A DNA stretch of 64,000 nt from an uncultured Acidobacteriota bacterium (GCA_963822445.1 CAWGHO010000003.1:192001-256000), one strand, 5' to 3'; shown: positions 11,074 through 21,557, numbered from the stretch's first letter. Program-made: numbers and translations. The notes: generated by a model from the letters alone, not told the origin.

Positions 11074-11781
11074 ATGCTCGCACTCGTTCTCAGCTCGCTG
11101 CTCGCATTTGCACCGCCGGCAGATGCTGCCGCTGCGGATCTCACCGGCGCGTGGAAGCACGTCCGCGAAGACGGCGCGACCGGTGTCTGGATCCTCACCG
11201 GCGACCATTTCTCGATCGCCTGGTACAAGAGCGATCCGGCAAAGTTCATCTACACCGAAGGCGGGAGCTGGTCGAAGAGCGACGACGGGATCTCGCTGAC
11301 CTACGAATTCGATACCGCCACTCCTGCACGCGTCGGAACCTCGCGCACGATCGTCGTCAAAGCATCGGCCGATCGCATGACCGCCGACGGCGCGAACTGG
11401 ACGCGCATCGACAAAGGCGTGCCCGGCGCACTCGAAGGCGCGTGGCTGATGACCGGTCGCAAACGCAACGGCGAGATCACCACCCGCAAACCGGGCGCGC
11501 GCCGGACGATGAAAATCCTTTCCGGCACGCGCTTCCAGTGGATCGCCTACAACGTCGAGACGAAAGAGTTCTTCGGGAGCGGGGGAGGGACGTACAGCAC
11601 CGCCGACGACGGCAAGTACACCGAGAACATCGAGTTCTTCTCGCGCGACGACGCCAAAACCGGCCGCAGTCTCGAATTCCAGTACGACATGGTCGAAGAG
11701 GCGTGGCATCACATCGGGAAGAGCACCGCCGGCGAGCCGATGCACGAGGTCTGGAACCGCCGCGAAAAACTCGGCATCTAG
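11074..11781 (+). CDS. Secreted protein with two lipocalin-like beta-barrel halves
   Basis: Signal peptide, duplicated LTGAW/LEGAW strands, RBS GGAG. Confidence 0.65.
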   Translation: MLALVLSSLLAFAPPADAAAADLTGAWKHVREDGATGVWILTGDHFSIAWYKSDPAKFIYTEGGSWSKSDDGISLTYEFDTATPARVGTSRTIVVKASADRMTADGANWTRIDKGVPGALEGAWLMTGRKRNGEITTRKPGARRTMKILSGTRFQWIAYNVETKEFFGSGGGTYSTADDGKYTENIEFFSRDDAKTGRSLEFQYDMVEEAWHHIGKSTAGEPMHEVWNRREKLGI

Positions 11782-12612
11782 ATGTGCCCCGTCTGCGGAG
11801 GAGAGCGGTTCGCGTCGTCGACGATCGCCGGACTCGATCTTCGCCGCTGCCGCACTTGCGGATTGCGCATCAGCGCGATCGCCGGCGGAGCGGGAACGAA
11901 TTACGCCGACGTCGATGACGAGGCGTACCTCCAGTCGATTGGCCGCGTGCGCCGCGAGCAGGGCCAGGCGATCGTCGCCTTCGTTCGCGAGCATGAGCGC
12001 GGCGGCGAATGGCTCGACGTCGGCTGCGGCTTCGGTTACGTGCTCGAAGCCGCGCGCGCGGCAGGCTTTCGCGTTCGCGGTCTCGAGCCCGATGCGAAAG
12101 CAGCGAAGGCCGCGCGCGACCGCGTCGGCAACGTCGAACAGGGAGTGCTGGACGAACGCACTCCCGCCGCCGACATCCTCTCCACCCTCGATGTCATCGA
12201 ACATCTTCACGACCTCAACGCCTTCGCCGAACTGGTGAAACGGAAAGCGCGCGCGATGTGGGTGATCAAAGTCCCGTCCAGCGAAGGCGCGTTCTTCCGC
12301 ATCGCCCACGCCCTGCGCATCGGCAGGGCGGTGAAGCGCCTCTGGCAATCCGAGTACGAGCATCCGCACCGCGTCTACTTCGATCAACCGTCGCTCACCC
12401 GATTCCTCACCAGACACGAATTCGAGGTCGTCGCCGTCCGCTATCTCCCGGAGATGCCGACGAGCACCGTCGTCGATCGCCTGACCCTCGACGGACGCGT
12501 CCCGCGGTGGAAAGCGCGACTCGCGCTGCCGCTCTTCTTCGCCGTGAATCTCCTCGAGCGCATGCGAGGGAAATCGGACGCGATCGTAGTCCTCGCCGTC
12601 AGACGCGTTTGA
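11782..12612 (+). CDS. Class I SAM-dependent methyltransferase with N-terminal Zn ribbon
   Basis: CPVC..CRTC, WLDVGCGFG motif I, DVIEHL. Confidence 0.85.
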   Translation: MCPVCGGERFASSTIAGLDLRRCRTCGLRISAIAGGAGTNYADVDDEAYLQSIGRVRREQGQAIVAFVREHERGGEWLDVGCGFGYVLEAARAAGFRVRGLEPDAKAAKAARDRVGNVEQGVLDERTPAADILSTLDVIEHLHDLNAFAELVKRKARAMWVIKVPSSEGAFFRIAHALRIGRAVKRLWQSEYEHPHRVYFDQPSLTRFLTRHEFEVVAVRYLPEMPTSTVVDRLTLDGRVPRWKARLALPLFFAVNLLERMRGKSDAIVVLAVRRV

Positions 12613-14134
12613 CCGGCAACCGCACCTCGATGCGCGCACCGCGCGGTTCGAGATTCACCGCACGGATGCTTCCGCCGTAGCCTTCGACGACAGCGAGGGC
12701 GATGGCTAGTCCGAGGCCGTCGTGGTTGGCGCGGTCTTCGTGGTCGGGGCGGAACGAGAAGAAGCGGTCGAACACACGATCGAGATGCTCCGGTGGAATG
12801 CCCGGCCCTTCATCGTCGACGTGAATGACAGCCTCGGCACCCTGTTCCCGCACGGTGATGAGTACGCGACCGGGCGAAAAACTCACCGCGTTGTCGAGGA
12901 TGTTGCCGAAGGCTTGAGCCAGGTGATCTTCCGACGCGGCGATCACGATTGGTGTCGCCGGCATGGCCAGCTCCACATTCGCCCGCGTTTGTGCGAGCTC
13001 CGCCAGCACCGAATTCAGGTCGACCGGCGTCGCGGCCTCGGTATCGAGCGCGGCGTCGATCTTCGAGACCTCGCGAACGGCGTTGAGCAGGCGGTTCAGC
13101 CGCGTCACTTCCTTCTCGATCGTCCCGCCGAGCTGTTCCCGCTCTTCGGGATCGGACGTATGCGGCAGCAACTCCGCGGCGCTGCGAATCGACGCCAGCG
13201 GGTTCTTGAACTCGTGCGATACGTCTGCGGAGAAGCTCTCCACGAACACGAGATGCCGCTCCAGCCGCGCCGTCAGTTTCTCCAGCGCGCGGGTCAGATC
13301 GCCGATCTCGTCGCGGCGGTGCGATCCGCGAAACGTCTTCTTCAACCGGCCGCGGTGATCGAGCAGATCGTCGGCTTCGTCGCGCAGGCGAACCAGCGGC
13401 CTGGCGATCGTCGCGGCCATTAAAAGACTGAGCACGATCGCCGCGACGACGGAGAGCGCGAAAACGTTGATGGTGTCGAGCCGCACCCGCCACAGCGCGC
13501 GCAGAATTCGCGAAGTCGACTGCGAGACCATCACCGCGCCGATGACCTCGCCGTTTCCGCCGGCGCGAACGGGAAGCGCGCCGTAAAGTGTCAACGAGCG
13601 CTGGCCCGAGCTCTCGCGTAACGCCGCGCCATAACGTCCCGCCAGCGCTTTGCTGATGACATCGCGCGGCGTGACATCGGCGGTATCCGAGCTTGAAGAC
13701 CGTGGGGCGGGCTCGATGAAGTCGCGAACGGCGTTGAACGCCTTCCACAGCGCGACGCCGATTTTGTAGAGCAGACGTTTGCGCGACGCGACATCCGCTT
13801 CTTCGTACGCGTCCACGGTCTCGATCGTTCGCGGCCGGATCGTCGCCGAGTCCGCAAGCACCACACCCCGGCGATCGACGACGCGAATCCGCGCCTCGGA
13901 ATGGCCGCCGAGGCGTTCGATCAGGCCGCGGGCGGCTTCGGGGGTCAGGGCGGTGTGCTGAGAAAGCGCGGCCGAGACCAGACGGCCCTGCTGCACCATC
14001 GACCGCTCCTGCAAATCGAGAAGTTGCCGCTCCAGGCTGCGCAGCGAAAACAGACCGGCGATGGGGAGGAACACGAGCAGGACGTTGAACAGCAGCAGCC
14101 GCAGCGCGATCGGCGAGAGCCACTTGCGGATCAA
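12599..14134 (-). CDS. Sensor histidine kinase (CreC/ChvG-like)
   Basis: Two TM helices, HAMP (RDEIGDL), HisKA (DVSHEFKNPL), HATPase (NILDNA, DEGPGIP, GLGLAI). Confidence 0.92.
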   Translation of the reverse strand: MIRKWLSPIALRLLLFNVLLVFLPIAGLFSLRSLERQLLDLQERSMVQQGRLVSAALSQHTALTPEAARGLIERLGGHSEARIRVVDRRGVVLADSATIRPRTIETVDAYEEADVASRKRLLYKIGVALWKAFNAVRDFIEPAPRSSSSDTADVTPRDVISKALAGRYGAALRESSGQRSLTLYGALPVRAGGNGEVIGAVMVSQSTSRILRALWRVRLDTINVFALSVVAAIVLSLLMAATIARPLVRLRDEADDLLDHRGRLKKTFRGSHRRDEIGDLTRALEKLTARLERHLVFVESFSADVSHEFKNPLASIRSAAELLPHTSDPEEREQLGGTIEKEVTRLNRLLNAVREVSKIDAALDTEAATPVDLNSVLAELAQTRANVELAMPATPIVIAASEDHLAQAFGNILDNAVSFSPGRVLITVREQGAEAVIHVDDEGPGIPPEHLDRVFDRFFSFRPDHEDRANHDGLGLAIALAVVEGYGGSIRAVNLEPRGARIEVRLPVKRV

Positions 14135-14847
14135 GGTTCCACCCGGAAGCGGTAGCCGAGTCCGTGGACCGTCTCGATCGGATCCGAATCCGGCCTCGCG
14201 TCGGCGAGCTTCTTCCGCAGACGCTTGATGTGCGTGTCGATCGTGCGCTCGGCGACGTGCACGTCGTGCGGGTAAGACTCGCGAAGCAACTGGCCTCGCG
14301 ACTTCACGATGCCCGGCCGGCGCGCGAGGGATTCCAGCAGGTTGAACTCGGTGAGCGTGAGCGGCAGCGTTTGCGAGTGCCAGCGCGCCTCGAAGCGGCG
14401 GAGGTCGAGACGAAGGTTTCCTGACTCGACGATCTGATCCTCAGCTCCTTCTTCGGGCTGCTGCCGCAGGCGCGCGCGCCGCAGCAGTGCTTTCACGCGG
14501 GCGATCAGCTCGCGCAGCGCGAACGGTTTGCACAGGTAATCGTCGGCGCCGAGCTCGAGACCGATCACGCGATCGAGCTCCTCGTCCTTCGACGACAGAA
14601 TGAGGATCGGCAGGTGCTCGCTCCGCGCGCGAAGACGGCGGCAGAGCTCCAGACCGTCGAGGCGGGGCATGACGATGTCGAGGATGGCCAGATCGGGCAG
14701 CCCTCGCTCGAAGCGCGTCATGGCCTGCAGGCCGTCGGCGAACGTCTCCACGCGGAACCCGTCGCGCTGCAGGGCCAGGGCGACGGTCTTGCGCAGACTT
14801 TCCTCGTCGTCGACGAACGCAACGAGTGCTCCGGGCACGCTGCTCAT
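14131..14847 (-). CDS. OmpR-family response regulator (ChvI/CreB-like)
   Basis: REC domain (FVDDEE, LDIVMP, GADDYLCKPF) plus winged helix (RTIDTHIKRLRKK, ETVHGLGY). Start placed at MSSVPG. Confidence 0.9.
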   Translation of the reverse strand: MSSVPGALVAFVDDEESLRKTVALALQRDGFRVETFADGLQAMTRFERGLPDLAILDIVMPRLDGLELCRRLRARSEHLPILILSSKDEELDRVIGLELGADDYLCKPFALRELIARVKALLRRARLRQQPEEGAEDQIVESGNLRLDLRRFEARWHSQTLPLTLTEFNLLESLARRPGIVKSRGQLLRESYPHDVHVAERTIDTHIKRLRKKLADARPDSDPIETVHGLGYRFRVEP

Positions 14848-14888
14848 GACTCGCGAATCTAATCCAGAACGCCGCGGATCGAGGCCGT

Positions 14889-14904
14889 GCCACGAAATCG
14901 CCAC
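14889..14904. promoter_or_regulatory. GCCAC-N6-GCCAC direct repeat, candidate response-regulator box
   Basis: Pentamers 11 bp apart in the divergent gap between the regulator and creD. Same geometry as the cre-tag TTCAC-N6-TTCAC. Confidence 0.45.
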
Positions 14905-14987
14905 ATCTCTCCTTCGGAATGCCTCACATCGTTCGCGCGCGCGCAACGTCGTCGGGGCAACCTCGTCGAAGAAAAAGGAGAGCAATC

Positions 14988-16358
14988 ATGAGCTCAAACG
15001 AAGGGTTTCAGGGCGGACGGCGGCTTCGGTATCCGGCGATGGTCGAGCTGGCGATTCTCGCCGGCCTCGCCGTCGTGCTGGTCATCGCGTTGTGGATGAT
15101 CCGGTCGCTCGTCGACGAGCGCTCGGAACGCGCGCAGGCGGCGCAGCGCGAAATTGCGGCGAGCTGGGGCCAGAGCCAGAAGATCGGCGGACCGGTGCTG
15201 ATCGTCCCGTACGTCGTTCGTTTCATCGACACATCCGGCAGACATCAGGCCGCGGTGCATCGCGCGCGATTCCTGCCCGATCAATTGAAAATCGGCGGGA
15301 AGCTTCTTCCGGAGCGGCGTCACCGCGGGATTTTCGAGACCGTTCTCTATCGCTCCGATCTCACGGTGCAAGGGCGGTTCTCGAGACCCGATTTCTCGAC
15401 CTGGAAGATCCCGGCCGAGGACATTTTGTGGGGCGATGCGGTCGTGACGATGGCTATCACCGATCTGCGCGGCGTTCGCGGAACCTCGCTGAAGTGGCGC
15501 GGACGGCCGCTGCCGCTTTCCGGCGGCAGCGCCGATGTGAGCCTCTGGCCGAGCGGGCTGACCGCGACGACACCGCTTGCCGCCGATCCCGCCGCGGAAG
15601 ACGGCTACCCGTTCTCGCTCGACCTTCAGCTCAACGGAAGCGAAGGCATCACGTTCTATCCGCTCGGCGGCGAGACGACCGTCGAGCTAATCTCGACTTG
15701 GCCCGATCCCGGATTCTCCGGCGCGTTTCTTCCCGAGTCGCGGGCCCTGTCGGCGTCGGGCTTTACGGCGCGCTGGGCGGTTTCATCGCTCGCTCGCGGC
15801 TATCCGCAGCGCTGGCGCGATCTACCGGAAGAAAACACGAACGCTGTGGCCCTCGTCGCCGCGTCCGCATTCGGCGTCGGCCTCGTCAATCCCGCGGGTC
15901 ACTATCAGAAGACCGAACGGTCGATGAAGTACGGCGCGCTGTTCATCATCCTCACGTTCCTGACGTTCTTCCTGTACGAGCTGCTCAGCCCCGTCACGCT
16001 GCATCCGGTGCAGTACTTCCTCGTCGGCGGCGCGCTCTGTCTTTTCTATCTGCTGCTGCTCAGCATCTCCGAGCACGCGCCGTTCGGCGTGGCCTACGCC
16101 ATTGCCACGGTTGCGACGGTGAGTCTGATCTCGTCCTACGGCGCCGCGTTGCTGCGCAGCGTGCCGCGAGTGCTCGGACTGGCCGGCGTTCTGGCGTTGC
16201 TCTACGGATATCTGTACGTGTTGCTGCAACTCGAGGACTGGGCACTGCTCATGGGATCGATCGGCCTGTTCCTGATCCTGGCGCTGGTGATGTACACGAC
16301 CCGGCGCGTGGACTGGGGATCGGCGCACCTCGGCCGAATTCGAGAAGCGGGGGCCTAG
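14988..16358 (+). CDS. creD: Cell envelope integrity inner-membrane protein CreD
   Basis: EIAASWGQSQKIGGP, RHRGIF, WPDPGFSGAFLP, YQKTERSMKYG, HPVQYFLVG, LEDWALLMGS, TRRVDW. RBS AAGGAG before ATG 14988. Confidence 0.93.
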   Translation: MSSNEGFQGGRRLRYPAMVELAILAGLAVVLVIALWMIRSLVDERSERAQAAQREIAASWGQSQKIGGPVLIVPYVVRFIDTSGRHQAAVHRARFLPDQLKIGGKLLPERRHRGIFETVLYRSDLTVQGRFSRPDFSTWKIPAEDILWGDAVVTMAITDLRGVRGTSLKWRGRPLPLSGGSADVSLWPSGLTATTPLAADPAAEDGYPFSLDLQLNGSEGITFYPLGGETTVELISTWPDPGFSGAFLPESRALSASGFTARWAVSSLARGYPQRWRDLPEENTNAVALVAASAFGVGLVNPAGHYQKTERSMKYGALFIILTFLTFFLYELLSPVTLHPVQYFLVGGALCLFYLLLLSISEHAPFGVAYAIATVATVSLISSYGAALLRSVPRVLGLAGVLALLYGYLYVLLQLEDWALLMGSIGLFLILALVMYTTRRVDWGSAHLGRIREAGA

Positions 16359-19255
16359 GACTCCACCCGATCGCGACCTGCCGACTTCGCGCGATACAGC
16401 GCGGAGTCGGCAGCAGCGATCAGCGACGCGGGCGTCGGCGCGGTTGTTCCGTTGCTTGCTGCTACGCCGAGGCTTGCTGTGACGATTCCAGATTCCGTGG
16501 CGGTGTGGCGGATCGCGGCATCGCGCACCATCAACCGGAACCCCTCCGCCTCGGCACGCGCCGCATCCATCGCAACACCCGGAAGCAGCCACGCGAACTC
16601 CTCGCCGCCGATGCGCGCGGCAAGTCCACCGCGAGTTTCCGTGCGTTGCGCGAGCAGCGTTGCCACCGCGCGCAACGCCTCGTCACCGTCCTGATGCCCC
16701 TGCGAGTCGTTGAGCCGCTTGAAATGATCGAGATCGATCAGCACCAGCGACACCGGCTGACCTCCGGTTCGAGCCGCATCGCATGCTTCGGCGAGCGCCT
16801 CGTCGAAACGGCGGCGATTCGCGACACCAGTCAGGCCGTCGATGTAGGACAGGCCGCGCAGCCGTTCGTTGGCGATGGCGAGCTCGCCGGCCATGCGATT
16901 CACATCTTCATACGCACGGTGCAGTTTCGCAGCGAGACGCAACTGCACCGCGGCCCAGATCGCGGCGGCAATGACGGCGATCGCAAGCAGGCGCGCCCAC
17001 CAGGTCTCATACCAGCGTGGATCGACGGTGACGCCGAGGCGCGCGTCGCCTTCGCTGCGCACGCCGTCTTCGTTCGTGGCCATCACCCGGAACGTGTAAT
17101 CGCCCGGCTCGAGCTTCGTGTAATGCGCGACGCGTGCGGTGCCGGCATCGACCCAATCGCGGTCGTAGCCATCGAGGCGATAGCGAAACGTCACGCGCTC
17201 GGGAGCGCGAAGACTCGAAGCGGTGTAACGCAACTCCAGACGTTGCGCGGCGGGCGGGACGCGCAATGGCCGCGCGGTTGCCGGCGTGCCGTCGATGAGC
17301 ACCTCTTCGATGTGCACCGGAGGGCGCATCGTGTTGCGACCGGTCGCGAGCGGATCGATGACAGCGACTCCGCGCGCCGTTCCGACCCAGAGGTGCCCGT
17401 TCCGCGCACGGATCGCCGCGGGGAAGGCGGCGTTGGTCTCCTTCGAGGGCATGCCTTCGGTCGTGCTGTAGACGATGCCGGAGAGATCCGGTTTCGCACC
17501 GTTCATCGCCGCGAGCACGCGGTCGCGGCTGACGCGATACAGCCCGCGGTTGCTGGTCATCCAGAGATCGCCGCCCGGCCCCTGATCGACGACCTGGAAC
17601 ACGACGTCGTCGAACAATCCGTTGCGGCGCGTGACGGACCGCACGGAGTTGTCGCGGAGATCGAGCCGCGCCAATCCACCGCCCGAGGTTCCGATCCAGA
17701 TGCCACCGCCCACGGCGTCCGCGGCGAGGCTGAACACGCGATCGCTCTTCAGACCGCGGCCCGTTTTCGCGATGAGCGTCGCCTTCGCACCATCCTCGGT
17801 CACGCGCCAGAGTCCCGCGCCATCGGTTCCGACGAGCAGTGTTCCATCGGCCAACGCGAGGAGGGGACGGAGCTGGCGATCCTCGAGCTCTTTGACGCGC
17901 GATGTCTTCCCATCGCGAATGCGCGCGAGCCCGGCGGTCGTGCTCACCCACAGCGTTCCGTCAGCCGTCTCGACCAGCGCGCGTACGCGATCGTTCGGCA
18001 GACCGCGTCGCGTGTCGATCGTCTCGACGACGCGTCGCTCGCGCAAACGCACCACGCCTCCGCCATCGGTGCCGGCCCACAGGCTGCCGTCGCCGCTCGA
18101 AGCCAGCGCGTAAACGGTGTCGTGCGGCAGTCCGTTGACCTTCGTCAGGCAATGCACCGATCCGGGTTGAATCTCGCAGAGCCCGCCGCCTTCCGTTCCA
18201 ACCCAGATCCGTCCATTGCGATCTTCGACGACCGCGCGGATCGAGTCGGCGGACATCCCTTCCTTCCGCGTGAACGAGAGGAAGCGCGTGTCGCTCATCC
18301 GCGCCAGCCCGCCCGTGGTGCCGACCCACAGCGAGCCCTCGCGATCCTCGATCACCGCGCGGACAGTCGGACTGGGAAGACCTTGCGCGGTTCCGAAAGA
18401 CTCCGCACGCGTTCCGCGCCAGCGCGCCAGGCCGCCGTCGGTTCCGATCCAGAGACTTCCGTCGCTGTCGCGTTGCAGCGCGCGAATGAGATTGCTCGGC
18501 AGTCCGTCGCGCGCCGTCACTGTGCGCACGACCGCGCCATCGCGCCACGCGACGACACCACCGCCATCCGTTCCGATCCAGAGCGTGCCGTCCGGATCGC
18601 GCAGAAGTGCGCGCGCGTGATCGCTGGGAAGACCGTCGCGCACGCTGATCTGCTGCTGAACGCGCGAGTCCTTCCAGCGAACCACGCCGCCGCCGTGCGT
18701 CGCGACCCAGAATCCGCCGGCGCCGTCGTCCTCCAGCGCCCAGATGCGGTCGGTCGGCAATCCATGACGCATGGTGAAGCGCGTCACCTTCTCGCCGTCG
18801 ATGCGCAGCAATCCACCGCCGGCTGTCGCCGCGAACAAAACCCCACCGGCGACGTGCATCTCGCGAATGCGATCCGATCCGAGGATGTCCGGGCGAAATG
18901 GCTCGATCCGTCCGTTGCGCATTCGCGCCAGGCCACCGCCATACGTGCCGATCCACAACGTTCCATCGGCCGCTTCGAACAGCGACGAGATGAACGAGCT
19001 TCGCAGCGCCGGTGATGTCTGCCGGTCAGTCACGACGAACCGCACGCCGTCGAACCGCACCAGCCCTTCCTCGGTCCCGATCCAGAGATAGCCGTCGCGG
19101 GTCTGCACGATCGCGTCGATGGTGTTCTGCGGCAGGCCGGTCTCGCTGGTCCAGACGGACACGCGCGCCTGGGTGAGTGCCCGCGCGGGATCGAGCGCGA
19201 ATGCGCGGCTTGCGAGCAGGATTGCTACGACGACGCTCGACCAGAATCGATGCAC
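16355..19255 (-). CDS. Sensor diguanylate cyclase: beta-propeller (Reg_prop) + Y_Y_Y + GGDEF
   Basis: Many DGxLWIGTxGG repeats, YRLDGYD..YTKLEPGDYTF, a TM helix, DGLTGVANRR, DLDHFKRLND, RIGGEEF. GTG start inferred before the signal peptide. Confidence 0.9.
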   Translation of the reverse strand: MHRFWSSVVVAILLASRAFALDPARALTQARVSVWTSETGLPQNTIDAIVQTRDGYLWIGTEEGLVRFDGVRFVVTDRQTSPALRSSFISSLFEAADGTLWIGTYGGGLARMRNGRIEPFRPDILGSDRIREMHVAGGVLFAATAGGGLLRIDGEKVTRFTMRHGLPTDRIWALEDDGAGGFWVATHGGGVVRWKDSRVQQQISVRDGLPSDHARALLRDPDGTLWIGTDGGGVVAWRDGAVVRTVTARDGLPSNLIRALQRDSDGSLWIGTDGGLARWRGTRAESFGTAQGLPSPTVRAVIEDREGSLWVGTTGGLARMSDTRFLSFTRKEGMSADSIRAVVEDRNGRIWVGTEGGGLCEIQPGSVHCLTKVNGLPHDTVYALASSGDGSLWAGTDGGGVVRLRERRVVETIDTRRGLPNDRVRALVETADGTLWVSTTAGLARIRDGKTSRVKELEDRQLRPLLALADGTLLVGTDGAGLWRVTEDGAKATLIAKTGRGLKSDRVFSLAADAVGGGIWIGTSGGGLARLDLRDNSVRSVTRRNGLFDDVVFQVVDQGPGGDLWMTSNRGLYRVSRDRVLAAMNGAKPDLSGIVYSTTEGMPSKETNAAFPAAIRARNGHLWVGTARGVAVIDPLATGRNTMRPPVHIEEVLIDGTPATARPLRVPPAAQRLELRYTASSLRAPERVTFRYRLDGYDRDWVDAGTARVAHYTKLEPGDYTFRVMATNEDGVRSEGDARLGVTVDPRWYETWWARLLAIAVIAAAIWAAVQLRLAAKLHRAYEDVNRMAGELAIANERLRGLSYIDGLTGVANRRRFDEALAEACDAARTGGQPVSLVLIDLDHFKRLNDSQGHQDGDEALRAVATLLAQRTETRGGLAARIGGEEFAWLLPGVAMDAARAEAEGFRLMVRDAAIRHTATESGIVTASLGVAASNGTTAPTPASLIAAADSALYRAKSAGRDRVES

Positions 19256-19277
19256 GGTGTGGGCGTATCTTAAAGCG

Positions 19278-20006
19278 CTACTCGACCTTGACCCAGCGGA
19301 TGTCGAGCCCTTCCCGACGATCGACGAAGCCGGTGATCGCACCGGCTTCGTCGCGTTGAAAGATCCGTCGCGTCCGCGGCTGTCCCGGCTGAAAAAACAC
19401 GTCCCGAACCTCGGCCTTGAACGTCGCCGCCTTCCGCCCCGTGCGCTCGGACGCCAGACCGTCGTCGGTGCAGCTCACCTTCGTCACGATCTCCGGCGTC
19501 AGCCGATACGTGCCGCTGTAGCCGCACAGGACTTCGCGAGAGAGCGCGATCGCCGGAGGATCCTCGAGGATCGCGAGCACTTGCGTGGCGATGAGCCGCC
19601 ATCCCGCGGCGGTCTTCAGCCAGGTGTCGGTCATGCGGAACTGGCTCTCGAGGACCTGCCCGAAGTAGTCGAGGCGCTCGTCGGCGACGTACGTGGTCAC
19701 GGCGACGTTTCCGTGCAGCTCCGCTCTGAACGCGCCCACTTCGAGATCGCCGACGAGACCTTTTGGAAGCGGCTGGAGCTCTTCGAGCAGTTTCGCCTTG
19801 GTCATCTCCTGATTCGCTTCGCTGACGTAGATCAGCCGGTCGTGCGTGTACTTTTTCCAGACCTCGGCGTTGCCCGGCCCGACGGCATCGAGCAGCTCGT
19901 TCGTCATCCGCTTCAGCTCCGCTTCGACTGTCGCCTTGTCCGCCGCACCGGCGTTGACGGGGAGTGCGGCGAGCACCGCAAGACCGGCTGCACAAAGAGC
20001 GAGCAT
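19278..20006 (-). CDS. Secreted DUF4440/NTF2-like protein with C-terminal accessory domain
   Basis: RBS AGGAGG before MLALCAAG. NTF2-like MTDTWLKTAAGWRLIATQ. Confidence 0.7.
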   Translation of the reverse strand: MLALCAAGLAVLAALPVNAGAADKATVEAELKRMTNELLDAVGPGNAEVWKKYTHDRLIYVSEANQEMTKAKLLEELQPLPKGLVGDLEVGAFRAELHGNVAVTTYVADERLDYFGQVLESQFRMTDTWLKTAAGWRLIATQVLAILEDPPAIALSREVLCGYSGTYRLTPEIVTKVSCTDDGLASERTGRKAATFKAEVRDVFFQPGQPRTRRIFQRDEAGAITGFVDRREGLDIRWVKVE

Positions 20007-20017
20007 GGAGTTCCTCC

Positions 20018-21487
20018 TTATGTCTTCGCCTGCACCACACCCCTGTAGCACTCGGCGAGCTTCGCGATTCCCGGTTCTATGTCCGATTCCGCGACGGTTG
20101 TGTAGCCGATGATCAGGCGAGCGTCGCGCGGTGCGGCCACGTGGTAGGGCCGCGCATCGTAGACGCGCACGCCGCGACGCAATGCCTCTGCGACGAGCGT
20201 GGACGCCGCGGCCGCTTTTACGTTCTTCAGGCGGAGATAAAGGTGAGTGCCGCTGCTTGCGCCCGAGATCACGATCTCGTGATGCGAGAAATGAGACTGC
20301 AGCGCGTTGAGCAGGATCTTCCGCTTCGCCGCCAACCGCCGCGCCATCCGCCGTCGCGCGCTCTCGTACGCACCCGATTCGATCAGCGTCGCCATCGCGT
20401 ACTGCCCGGTGAGAGGACTGCCGCGGTCGGCGAGCCACTTCACCGCGCGAAACGCGTCGACCAGCGCCGGAGGGACGACGACGTATCCGAGGCGGAGGGC
20501 GGGGAAGAAGGTGCGGGCGAAGGTGCCGATGTAGACGACGCGGCCACTGCCGTCGAGACCCTGCAGCGCCGGAATCGCACCGACGCCGTAACGGAACTCG
20601 CAGTTGTAGTCGTCCTCGACGATCCAGGCGTGATGTCGTTCCGCCCACTGCAGCAGTTTCAGGCGGCGCTCGACGGACATGATCGCGCCCGTCGGGAACT
20701 GATGCGACGGCGTGACGCAGATTGCCGCCGCACGCCGGAGCGCCTTTTCGTGGCGACCGACATCAAGACCATCGCCGTCGATGCCGCAGACGGCGAGACG
20801 AGCACCGGCCGCGGTGAAGATCGCCCGCGTGCCCTGGTAATGAGGATCTTCGATTCCGACGACCGTGCCGCGGTCGCAGAGCACCCGCGCCGTGAGATCG
20901 AGTGCCTGCTGCGAGCCGCTGACGATCAGCACGCGCTCCGGCTCGGCGATCACGCCACGTTCCTGACGGAGGTACTGCGCGAGCGCGGTACGAAGGCGCC
21001 ACGAGCCCGCGGGATCCGGATAACCGCGCGCGGCTTCCGCGACCGCGCCGCTCAGCGCCTTCCGCCAGATCGTCACCGTGCGCTCATCGAGCTCAGTGTC
21101 GCCGTAAGAGAAATCGATCGCCGCCGCGGCATCAGAACCGGTGGCGCTGTTCTGCGGCGCGACCGCGCGCGCCCGTTCGGCGTAGCTGGAGATCCGCCCC
21201 GGCGTGCGAGTGGTTCGCAGCCGGCGGTCATTCGCATCCGTGCGTTTCTGCTCCGGTTGCAGCGCGACGCGAGTGCCGGATCCCAGCTTCGCAACGACGT
21301 ACCCCTCGGCCGCAAGTTGCTCGAAGGCTGCGAGCACGACGATGCGCGAGACGCCGAGGTCGCGGGCGAGGGTGCGGGTGCCGGGGATGCGCGCGCCGGC
21401 GGAGAGCGAGCCGTCGAGGATGGCCGTCCGCATCGTGTCGTAGACCCGCCGGTACAAGGGCGCGTCCTGGCTTCCGGCGAGGATCAT
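20018..21487 (-). CDS. MocR/GabR-type GntR regulator with PLP aminotransferase domain
   Basis: wHTH (PGTRTLARDLGVSR..LAAEGY), VTPSHQFPTG, IVEDDY, YIGTFARTFFPALRLGY. Confidence 0.92.
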   Translation of the reverse strand: MILAGSQDAPLYRRVYDTMRTAILDGSLSAGARIPGTRTLARDLGVSRIVVLAAFEQLAAEGYVVAKLGSGTRVALQPEQKRTDANDRRLRTTRTPGRISSYAERARAVAPQNSATGSDAAAAIDFSYGDTELDERTVTIWRKALSGAVAEAARGYPDPAGSWRLRTALAQYLRQERGVIAEPERVLIVSGSQQALDLTARVLCDRGTVVGIEDPHYQGTRAIFTAAGARLAVCGIDGDGLDVGRHEKALRRAAAICVTPSHQFPTGAIMSVERRLKLLQWAERHHAWIVEDDYNCEFRYGVGAIPALQGLDGSGRVVYIGTFARTFFPALRLGYVVVPPALVDAFRAVKWLADRGSPLTGQYAMATLIESGAYESARRRMARRLAAKRKILLNALQSHFSHHEIVISGASSGTHLYLRLKNVKAAAASTLVAEALRRGVRVYDARPYHVAAPRDARLIIGYTTVAESDIEPGIAKLAECYRGVVQAKT

Positions 21488-21490
21488 CGA

Positions 21491-21540
21491 AGTGGTTATA
21501 CCAAAAGCGCGATAACTGGCTCTTTTCTGTAACCGGTTTG
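21491..21540. promoter_or_regulatory. Candidate MocR operator in the divergent promoter
   Basis: Palindrome TGGT-TAT-ACCA (21493-21503) and imperfect inverted AACTGG...CCGGTT between the regulator and its divergent operon. Confidence 0.45.
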
Positions 21541-21557
21541 ACTCGTACCATGCTCCG

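Noticed and set aside
14600-19015. 1471-aa plus-strand ORF
   Set aside because: Shadow frame overlapping creD out of frame and antisense to the GGDEF sensor. Arg/Ala-rich with no motifs, as expected in high-GC DNA.
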